This document shows, one piece after another, positions 53,930 through 64,000 of a stretch of 64,000 nt of DNA (position 1 is its first letter; every line of letters starts with the position of its first letter). Both the position numbers and the translations under genes were made by a program. The notes under the pieces were generated by a model. It did no database searches. It worked only from the letters and a program-made list of their open reading frames with translations, and was not told the DNA's origin. Source of the stretch: Octopus sinensis. Taxonomy: Eukaryota. The stretch lies in assembly GCF_006345805.1 (NCBI RefSeq), contig NC_043007.1:75268001-75332000 (forward strand). Direction: 5' to 3'.

Positions 53930-54543
53930 TAATAAAGACATGGGTGATGGTGATTATATGTTCATTATATATTAAGGTGGCGAGCTGGTAGAAACGTTAG
54001 CATGCCGGGCGAAATGCTTAGCAGTATTTTGTCTGCTGCTACGTTCTGAGTTCAAATTCTGCCGAGGTCGACTTTTCATCCTTTCGGGGTCGATTAAATA
54101 AGTACCAGCTATGCACTGGGGTCGATGTAATCAACTTAATCCGTTTGTCTGTCCTTGTTTGTCCCCTCTGTGTTTAGCCCCTTGTGAGTAGTAAAGAAAT
54201 AGGTAATTATATGTTCAGAGCTTAGTCACTCTAGTGCAAAAATAACAGAAATTACCAAACTCTTTGGGAAGAGTTCATACAATACATATGCAATAATTAG
54301 AAGTATTTTCATTCTTTTATTCCGAATAATACAATGCGGGAATACCAAGCATACATGAGTAACGATGGAACATACGGTGGTAATGTTGAATTAGCTGCCA
54401 TTAGTGAATTGTACAATGTTGCAATTCAGGTTCATTACAAAAATGACGATGAAATTATCCTTCCTCTGTTCACCGTTTGTGGTCGAACATTTACAGAAAG
54501 GAAGATTGTAGTGTTATATTGTGGCGAATTTGACAACGACCAC

Positions 54544-54578
<35 letters not shown>

Positions 54579-56900
54579 ATTATTGTAAACAGTACTCAGG
54601 TGCACCACAACTTGTGTGTATAAAGCATATGCAGTAATGTACAAATGTCTGGAAAGTGAGCAGTGTATGAGTCAGATACATGCTTGTATGTGTATGGAGG
54701 GGAGAAAATTAGGTGTAGTGTTGGTGAATCTCAGGAAGCATGGAAGTTTTGAAGGATGCAGTGCTCCAACAACTAACAACTGATGCCGACAGTTTGTTCC
54801 ATACTTCAGCAACTCTTAGCATGAAAAAATGTTTCCGAAAGTCATGGGAGCTGTGCTGTTTTCTGACTTTGTAAACATGTCCACGGTTGTTAGACAGGTG
54901 GAGTTTGAAAAGGTGCTCAGAGTTATTGTTTGTAAGATGGTTAATAATTTTATAGGTGTCTATAAACAATCATGAGCATGAAAGAACTGTAGAAGGAAAT
55001 AAGATATCACAAGACAGTAAAAAAGATAAAAGAATGAAAATTCAAACACTTAATATAAAAATTGTAGAAGAAAGTAAAAAACCATCAGAAAATTAGTTTC
55101 AAAAAATGAGGGAATATGAGAGGAGGACAAGAGAACAAGAAAGAGATAAAGATAGGGAAATAAGATTGCAGAGAAAGAAAGAAAATTATAGAAAAGATTA
55201 AGAAATACAATTGCAAAAATAGGAGAGAAAAAGGTAGAATAAATAGAAAACAAGAGAGTGAAAGCAACCCAAAAATACAACTAAAATGGAGAAAGCTTTC
55301 CAGAGAAACTCAGCAGAAGCGTAGACGATTTCAATGGCATGGTGAGGCATTTAATTATGATCCTAATTGTAATTATGCATCTGAAAAAATTGTCTCCTTG
55401 GGCTCTACATGCAAAAAGCGTGGTGCAAGGAAGTGGGACAAGGAATCACTAGGTATGTGTTGTTCTAAAGGCCAAGTCCATTTACCAATAACTGAGCTGC
55501 CAGAACTTATAAAACATCTTCGAGCAAGTGAGTGCGTGTGTGCGTGAGTGTGTGCATGCATGCGTGTATGTGTGCTTCTCCACTTTCTATGTTTTAAATA
55601 CCAGATATTACAATTCTCTTTTACTTGTTTCAGCCATTTGACTGCGGCCATGCTGGGGCACCGCCTTTAGTCGACCAAATTGACACCAGGACTTATTCTT
55701 TGTAAACCTAGTACTTATTCTATCGGTCTCTTTTTGCCGAACTGCTGAGTTATGGGGACGTAAACACACCAGCATCGGTTGTCAAGCAATGATGGGGGGG
55801 GGGGAAAAACACAGACACACAAACTCACACACACATATATATACATATACATATATACGACGGACTTCTTTCAGTTTCCATCTACCAAATCCACTCTCAA
55901 GGCTTTGGTCAGCCCAAAGCTATAGTAGAAGACACTTGCCCAAGGCGCCACGCAGTGGGACTGAACCCGGAACCATACGGTTGGTAAGCAAGCTACTTAC
56001 CACACAGCCACTCCTGTGCCTATTCTGCAAATAAAAAGTTTTTTTGAAATTGCAATTGCTTATTAATTCTTTTTTGTCCTGCTTAATTTTAAAGTTTTTA
56101 TTATTTTGGAATGAAGAGCACAAACATGTGCTGAGCCAGTGCCTAAACTGGTCGATTTGGCATGTTCGTGGATAACAGACCATTCGGCTCTGTAAAGCCT
56201 AACATGTTCCTGAAAAACAAACTGAACCATATCAACTCTAGATTTCAGTGAGATATACAATATCTTATGTTTTCTGTTGAGAAAGCTGATACGTCCGGTA
56301 TATTTGCCATTATAAAGACCAAAAACAACCGCATGACTATAAGTGAGTTTAAAAGGCGGCTTGAGGATAACGACAAGCAACTAGAAGGCAGTTTGAATAT
56401 GATGATGGCCAATGTCCGTGGTTCCAAGCAATTTTGGTCTAGAAAATGTTCAGACTTGATGGCTATGGATGAAAAATATGGCCCAGTCCACTTGTCATAT
56501 GCAGAGTATTTTTGGCCAGATCTGCATGAATTTTTGGAAAAGTTGAACATAGATATACCAAACGTTGCTACAAAACACACCAATGAGCTGTGTGCTGATG
56601 ATGTAGTGGCTGTTAGTAAGCATTTCCACCATTGATTTGCCACCTTTATGAGAGAGGTCATTAGACACAAAACCAATCCTTTTGGTTTGGTCGAGCACTT
56701 CTTTTGGAGATTGGAATACCAGATGAGAGGTGCACCACACGTTCACATGAAATTGTAGATTAAAGATGGTCTGGTTATGAACAGAGACAAGAGTACAATT
56801 CAGACTTTTATACAGTCCATGATCACTTGTTGTATTCCGTCGAACATGGAAAGTTCAGTTTTGTTAGATTTGGTGTCACGTTTTCAACAACATGTCTGTA
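53930..56900 (+). mobile_element. Decayed autonomous Helitron/Helentron relic (OTU protease, charged region, Cys cluster, HUH Rep)
   Basis: GDGDYMFRA...GTYGGNVEL..ISELY...LY.G...DHY (OTU, 53940-54546). AFNYDP...KW..ESLGMCCSKGQVHLP (about 55340-55500). VRGSKQFW...GP...AE..WP and RLEYQMRGAPHVH (56267-56746). Multiple stops, interrupted by SINE and CR1 insertions. Confidence 0.85.
54577..54966 (-). mobile_element. CR1-type LINE 3' end inserted in the Helitron relic
   Basis: ORF 54709-54969, near-identical to 34607-34985. Confidence 0.8.
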
Positions 56901-57696
56901 GTATGAAGAGTATTATAATGAATTTACTTATTCTAAGTTAAAGATCATATTTTGTACATTTCCAAATTTTTATAGTAAGAACTCGGTTTAATAATTATCG
57001 TGACATCATAATTCACACAAGTCTCTTTTTATTTTAAGATGCCACAATATGTACAACATATAGTGATTCCAATTTTTTGAGCAACAATGCTAGTCCCACA
57101 CATTTTGAGGTTTATTATGACAGTCTGTCACCCTTTTGAGCATAAGCATTTTTCAATTCTAATGTACAATGGGCGTCTTTCAGTTTGTATCAACCAAATC
57201 CATTCACAAGTCTTTGGTCTGCCTAGAGGCTCTTGTATAAGACACTTACCCAAGATATCACATAGTAAGACTGAACCCAAAATCAGGTGGTTTGGAAGCA
57301 AACTCTTTAGCCATGCTTGCATCTATAACTATATATATCCTTTTACTAGTTTGCCTCATTCAATGGCAGCCATGCTAGGGAACCCTGTGAGCAGTTTCAG
57401 TCAAATGAATTCCTTTGCTAAAAGTTCTTTGCTAATATTTTATCAATTCAGTAAAAGGTGAAGAGGAAACTAAATACAGCAATGATTTTGTCTAATGCCA
57501 AGCATTGATACACTCAAAGACACAAGAGTTTTTCAGACAGTTTATATTTACCAACTTTTACTAATGCAGTGATAATCAAATCCAGACCATGGCAGAAGAT
57601 ACTGTCTCTGCCAAGGTCCAGTACAGGGAAAATGAAATGAAAATAAAAGATTTATAACATGTCATCTTAGTGGAATGTCATGGTAGTTATACTTAC

Positions 57697-57780
57697 AGAA
57701 TTCAATTTGTGGGCAATAAATGAGGATGGTTTACACTGGAGGAGTTGAACAGCTAAATTACAATCTTTTCGATAACGATC
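57697..57780 (-). CDS. TJAP1: TJAP1/BEGAIN-like exon (DRYRKDCNLAVQLLQCKPSSFIAHKLNS)
   Basis: 84 bp, attttcag/gtaagt, phase 0/0. ERYR.DCNLAVQLL.C is the hallmark TJAP1/BEGAIN motif. Confidence 0.95.
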
Positions 57781-59101
57781 CTGAAAATTAAAATTAAAAC
57801 TTCATTACGAAGGTAATGGAGACAATGAGGTAGTGGAGAACCCCAGCGTAGCTACCAAATATAAAGTTTAATTAATGATTAATATATCACAATAGTTCAA
57901 TGATGGTTTGTAATTCCCACTCTAAAAAAAGTCATAGGTTGACAGAGACACCAATCACTACAAAAACAACAGCCATGTTAATCCTAACATTAACCCTTTA
58001 GTAATCAGATCACTCAGTCAAATCCAATGTTTTTTCATTTACATTGTTTTTAATTAATTATGTATTAATTAGGCGTAGGAGTGGCTGTGTGGTAAGTAGA
58101 TTGCTTACCAACCACATGGTTCCAGTTTCAGTCCCACTGCATGGCACATTGGGCAAGTGTCTTCTACTATAGCCTCGGGCCAACCAAAGCCTTGTGAGTG
58201 GATTTGGTAGACGGAAACTGAAAGAAGCCCGTCGTATATATGTATATACATGTATGTGTGTGTGCATATGTTTGTGTCTGTGTTTGTCCCCCAAACATTG
58301 CTTGACAGCCGATGCTGGTGTGTTTACATCCTGGTAACTTAGCGGTTCAGCAAAAGAGATTGATAGAATATGTACTCGGCTTACAAAGAATAAGTCATGG
58401 GGTTGATTTGTTCGACTAAAGGCAGTGCTCCAGCATGGCCACAGTCAAATGACTGAAACAAGTAAAAGAGTAAAAGAGTATTATCTCAGAGCTTTGAGAT
58501 TTTGATGATGTGATTGTTTACTTATAGAATGACATTGTAGGGTAGGTGTGAGAGATCAAATATTTAGGTCGGATATGGCCGGTTTAAGAGTTAAAAGGTT
58601 AAACTACAAGGAATAATGCTAGTCAATGTTTAATATTATTTTAATAAATTTGGCAAGTGCAGTTGGTAGTAAGAAACTCTGGGGCAAGTTAAACAGCAGG
58701 TCTTCAGAGAAGAAGTCCCCTCTCACCTCTTGCAAAAGTTTTGGCCCTTAACTCCTTAAACTCTATGGGGAATGGACTGCTTCCAGGTCTACAGAAGACA
58801 ACTCTGGGTACATTTTGACCTTATATCAAGTTAACACTAACTTAATCGAAAGCATAAGCCAGATGTTCCATCCCTATTAAAACATCAGCTGTGAAGTGTA
58901 GACAACCCTGTACCTTTGTAAATCACTAATGACAAACCATTCAGTAAATGTACAAACCTGTATACATACTGGCATGAGGGACAATGTTAAGCAGAACAAT
59001 TTTGACAGGTTATTTGTAATTCAAACTACCAGTTCCTGAGGTCCATCATTCGCCTATATATATAGTAGGTGATATACACCAGTGAAAGACACACTGTATG
59101 T

Positions 59102-59138
<37 letters not shown>

Positions 59139-59492
59139 CTTTTTTTTTTCTTTTACTTGTTTCAGTCATTTGACTGCGGCCATGCTGGAGCACCACCTTT
59201 AGTCGAGCAAATCGACCCCAGGACTTATTCTTTGTAAGCCTAGTACTTATTCTATCGGCCTCTTTTGCCGAACCGCTAAGTTACGGGGACGTAAACACAC
59301 CAGCATTGGTTGTCAAGCGATGTTGGGGGACAAACACAGACATACAAACACACATATACATATATACGACGGGTTTCTTTCAGTTTCCATCTACCAAATC
59401 CACTCACAAGGCTTTGGTAGAAGACACTTGCCCAAGGTGTCACGCAGTGGGACTGAACCCGGAACCATGTGGTTGGTAAGCAAGCTACTTAC

Positions 59493-59554
<62 letters not shown>

Positions 59555-59837
59555 TCATCATCAGTTAACGTCCGCTTTCCATGCTAGCATGGGTTGGACG
59601 ATTTTAACTGAGGGCTGGCGAACCAGATGGCTGCACCAGGCTCCAATCTTGATTTGGCAGAGTTTATATATATATATATATACACACCAGTGAAAGACAT
59701 ACACGGTACCTATGGATAATGTAAGGAATTATATACTAAACATCGGGCCAAAGTTATGAGCAAGTTTTATACTCAAATGTAAAACGATAAAATATATATA
59801 TAAACAGTTGCGCGAGATGTTTGGAGTTCTGATAAAC

Positions 59838-59869
<32 letters not shown>

Positions 59870-60106
59870 AAGAGAGAGAGTTCTCTGAACCTTTACCACC
59901 CTGTTCTTATTCTGGCTACAATAGTTCTGCAGTAGCTGTTTCGACTAATAATTAAAACCAATTCTTTGAGAAAAGCCTTCCATTCTTCATTAAAATTCTT
60001 CTACATTTTTTGAGAAATTACTACATTTCATTGATGAAAGTAAAATATATAAAGATCACATGCAAATAATTGGGGAACTTTTTTTTTTCTTTCAACATGA
60101 ACTCAC

Positions 60107-60214
60107 ATTTTCTTCTTCTAGTTCACTGATAGTTACTTGAGTGTTGACTAGTTTCGATGTGACTGCAGCATGTTCTTTTTGTATCTTGGTTTTCTCTGCC
60201 TCAAATTTATTGAC
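60107..60214 (-). CDS. TJAP1: TJAP1/BEGAIN-like exon (VNKFEAEKTKIQKEHAAVTSKLVNTQVTISELEEEN)
   Basis: 108 bp, aatttcag/gtgagt, phase 0/0, heptad coiled coil. Corresponds to IKKAEMDRK...LTNKLLDAKNTINKLEELN. Confidence 0.9.
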
Positions 60215-61751
60215 CTGAAATTATAAATCATAACAATCGATAGAACAAAATTTTAACATTGATTTTATTGCTGACAAGGATTAATCATGATCTTTAGCCC
60301 TCAGAACACTATGTTATCTCCAAGAATTCTAACCCCCAAATTATTCTACATTAAGGTGGCAAGCTGGCAGAATACTTAGTAGCATTTCATCCGTTCAGAG
60401 TTCAAATTCCACCAAGGTTGAATTACAATAGCAGTAATTGGTTGAAATTACCAAAATACAACAACTTTAACAAGAAGTAACTTCCAAAATACAGAATTTT
60501 CTCAACAACGCCAAGAGTAAAAGATGTTTTATGTGACACATTCTACCAGTATACGAAGTTTGAAAGTGTTTAGTTACAAAAAATTATTTTTTAAATCTTA
60601 CCTTATAGTAACCAATTTTGTAGTCGACAGGATGTAACTCTTTTGAAGTTAGCTATTCTATACATCAACTATTGATAAAATTAGTAGAACACTAAGCACA
60701 TGGTAAGTCAATATAACTAAGTAAAACTCTTGAGAGCAATACTCCAGTAAAGTTATAACCCTATGACTAAACCCATAAACAAGATAAGATAATAGTCCGA
60801 ATATTTCCTCCTATTAACTCTCTGTTTCTCTGAATACATATCCATATTTTCAAATATAATACAATCTTAAGTAAAAGTAATCATTTCAAGCCATTCTCTC
60901 AATTACCAATTTGATAAATCTTTTCGAAGCAGTTTTCTTAACTCTATACAACTGCCCTTTCAATTTCAATTTCAATTTTTCAACAAATTTGACATGAGAA
61001 ATCAGTTGTTCTCCTCTCAATCTTTGGAATATAAACACGAAAGTTAACATCTTTATCAGCCAACAAGATCGATATTTACATTTTCATATTTAAACTCCAT
61101 GAGTGAGTTTACCTGTGGTCACACAATCCAAAATACAAGAAGCTGAAATGGCATTCCTCCAAAGGACCTTCAGAATAACGTTACTTGACAGGGTACAGAG
61201 ATCAGAGAGTCTCTCCCTGTCAAACCACTACTTCTCTGTATTGAGAAGTCACAGCTCTGGTACTATAGACATGCAATTAGTGCACTTCAGGAAAGAATTT
61301 GAAGATGGATTATTGAAGCTTAGCCAATCAGGAGGAGACCCAGGGGTAGATTGAAAATGAGATGGTTGGATAGCCTCAGTTGCTCATGATTTGGAATCCA
61401 GCTGGAAAGCATAATGATGGTTGCTTCTGATAGGACCCTATAGAGGACTCTTCTCCCAAGAATAGTAGGCAGAGAAACAGGAATATTTAAGCTCGACTGA
61501 GGCAATCTGCAAGTTCAAAGGAGTAAAACACAACTATAGTAACAGTATCAAAAAAACAAAAATAGATCTTGTTCAAGATACAGTCTTGAATGTCAACAAT
61601 GATGTTTACAGTTCCATAACCATATTTAAAAGTGAAGTCATAAAATTTCATTAAGACAAGAACAGGTTTCTCCTAAGTATAAACTTAAATGATAAACATT
61701 CTCCTTTTTCAATATTCAATAAAAAATTTTAAAAACACACAAAATACTCAC

Positions 61752-61818
61752 AACTTTCAGGAGTTTATCTTCTAAATTATGATTTTGTTTCTGAAGGCGC
61801 TTGTGACTTTCTAATAAT
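61752..61818 (-). CDS. TJAP1: TJAP1/BEGAIN-like exon (LLESHKRLQKQNHNLEDKLLKV)
   Basis: 67 bp on the minus strand, aatttcag/gtgagt, phase 2/0. Matches the recalled TJAP1 RLQNSY...NQELEDKLHTL. Confidence 0.85.
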
Positions 61819-62343
61819 CTGAAATTATTGAGAATTAATTTTAAAATTTGATTAAGACTTAATAACTGTAATAACAGTGATGGTATTCTGCTAAGAAAGG
61901 CATTTTCAAAAGTGAACTAATTTCATAGTAACCCATTTGTTACAAAATTTATGGTGAAATATACTGTCTTTGTTTCAGTTAACTTTGAAAATAAAGAAGA
62001 ATTTAATCAATCAACTTCGTTACTATTAAGCTGGAGTCTGAAATACAAATTAACATGAAATTTTGATGGCAGTTATAATTCAGACCACTTTAAAACAGTA
62101 AATTTGTATCAGAGAACCAGGGCTGAATGGTACCAATTCTCTCTCCATGCTGGCATGGGTTGGACAGTTTGACAGGACCTGGCCAAACAGAAGTAGCAGT
62201 TCACCTGCCAACTGATAGCCCGATTATATGTTTCATGTAAATGGTCCTGCCCCTCCAGCTCTGTCAACTTCTTTATCGCATCCTGTTTTTGTCAAATTTA
62301 CAGCTGCCTATGTCCTACCACTCCGGCTCCACCAACCTCGTCA

Positions 62344-63990
62344 TTGCATCCTGTTTCATTGACTTTATGGTTGTTGCACCAAGCTACACCAAACTCCACC
62401 ACCTCACCAGTTGTTTCTTTTGGTTTGGATGATGACTCAGAGTGTGAGTATTTTCCTAGTTCAGAATCAGATGATTCTGATAGCAATGATGATATTCCAG
62501 TGAATCAAAGGTACAGGCGGACAGCAGTGAATGGCCCTGGACAACAGACTTTCGTGTGGCGAGCAACGGACAGTTTTGTCCACCAGCATAGGTTTACTGG
62601 TACACCTGGCATAAAGGCAAACCTTGAACATGGAAATCTACCATTGGAAATCTTCCACAAGTTTTTGACATGAAATGTTCCAATATATAGCAAATGAAAC
62701 AAATTACTATGCTGAAAACCATCCCCAGCATGTCAGACCCGGGCATGGCAGTGATTGGTTTCCAACCACAGGGAACAAAATCAAGGTTTTGCTTGCCTTG
62801 CTGATACTGATGGGCATCGTGAAGAAACCAGCCTTGGCATCATACTGGAATCAGGATCCCGCCACATCAACACCTTTCTTTCTGGAAACGTGCCATGTGA
62901 TCGATTTTTGGTGCTTCTTCAAAATCTACATTTCAACTCAGGATAAAACCAAGATAACAGGCTGCACAATATACATTCTATTATTGATGAAGTGGCTGAA
63001 AATTTCAGAACTGTGTATGTCCCCACATTTGTACAGATGTGAGTTTGTGGAAATTCAAGGAAAGGGTTCAATTCAAATAATACAACCTGATCAAAGGTGC
63101 CCACTTTGATGTCAAGGTCTATAAAGTATGCCAGTCAACTGGCATACTTTATAGTGGGTACACATGGAGTTACAAAATCTACACTAGTCAGGACAGATTG
63201 GATCTTCCAGCATCTACTCTAGCATCAATTAATGTCATGTTGTTGCTGAATGAAAATTTGTTTAACAAAGGCTACAGTATACATATGGACAACTGGTTTT
63301 CCAGTCCAGACCTCTTCCTGCAGCTGTAGACGAGGAGGACTAATGCCTGTGGGACTGAGGACATACAAGTAAAACATGCCGCCTAATCTTCTCAAGATAA
63401 AACTTCGAAAGGGGGAAACAGCATACCGATGCACCGATAGTGGCATTCTTGCTCTAGTGTGGCATGACAAGAAAAACATCTGCAAGTTATCCACAATGCA
63501 TTCTGCAAGCATGAAGGACATTAGGAAACAAGATGTGGATGGTAATACCATAATGAAACCAAGTGTAGTTGTTTCGTACAACAAAGGGATGGGCAGGGTC
63601 AATTGCTCAGATCAGCTGGTGACGACACACAAATCAGTGAGAAAATTTGTAAAATTTACAAAAAAATTTTCTTGTATATAGTTGATGTGTGTCGGGAGCT
63701 AACATTTAATTTGGCAGATGCTTGGTGGTGTGGGGGATAGATTGACATTCAGGAATCTATTGTTCCATGAAAATGACAGAAGCATCAGACCTGCTAAAGC
63801 ACATAATGCATGGACATCCCCACACCAGACTCTCTCCTCACTGCATAGTAAAGGGACATGGACATTTTCCACGACTGTTTTTCCCTTCTCCTACTGCCAA
63901 GAAGGCAAATGCTTCAAAGAGATGCCATAGTATGTAAAGCAAAAGGAAAACATATGGAAATTAGGTACCATTGTTCACAATGTGATATGC
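62344..63990 (+). pseudogene. Degenerate piggyBac (PGBD4-like) transposase
   Basis: Acidic N-terminus, FTGTPG, IANETNYYA, LILMGIVKKP...YW, MDNWFSSPDLF, WHDKK, KPSVVVSYNKGMG.V..SDQ. Split by stops and frameshifts across ORFs 62344, 62675 and 63376. Confidence 0.9.
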
Positions 63991-64000
63991 CACTGTGTGT

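Noticed and set aside
60420-61080. Possible mitochondrial insertion or additional TJAP1 exon
   Set aside because: No sustained reading frame or recognisable mitochondrial protein motif, and the flanking exons already join in frame.

Overview
AT-rich animal genomic DNA. The repeat landscape resembles what I recall of octopus (coleoid cephalopod) genomes, but this is an inference. Two convergent intron-rich genes occupy the window. On the + strand are five coding exons of a TRIM9/TRIM67 orthologue (coiled coil, COS, FN3; 12912-34088). The RING/B-box exons lie upstream of the window, and I find no SPRY exon before the opposing gene, only short candidate alternative or terminal exons at 35376, 36889 and 39368. 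On the - strand are four coding exons of a TJAP1/BEGAIN-family coiled-coil gene (61818 down to 52382) plus a candidate terminal exon at about 47.7 kb. The introns are full of mobile DNA: a full-length DD41D Tc1/mariner element with an open transposase ORF and perfect 49-bp TIRs, a decayed Helitron carrying an OTU protease domain and a HUH Rep, four non-autonomous Helitrons, a piggyBac relic with TTAA MITEs, hAT MITEs, and RTE, CR1 and R4/Dong LINE fragments, plus several tRNA-derived SINE families. The most notable unannotated signal is three different families of minimal hammerhead-ribozyme motifs (5.1-5.3 kb, 12.3 kb, 50.4-51.0 kb). One sits behind a tRNA-derived Pol III promoter head, which suggests a ribozyme-bearing SINE or retrozyme. 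All calls were made by eye, without database searches.
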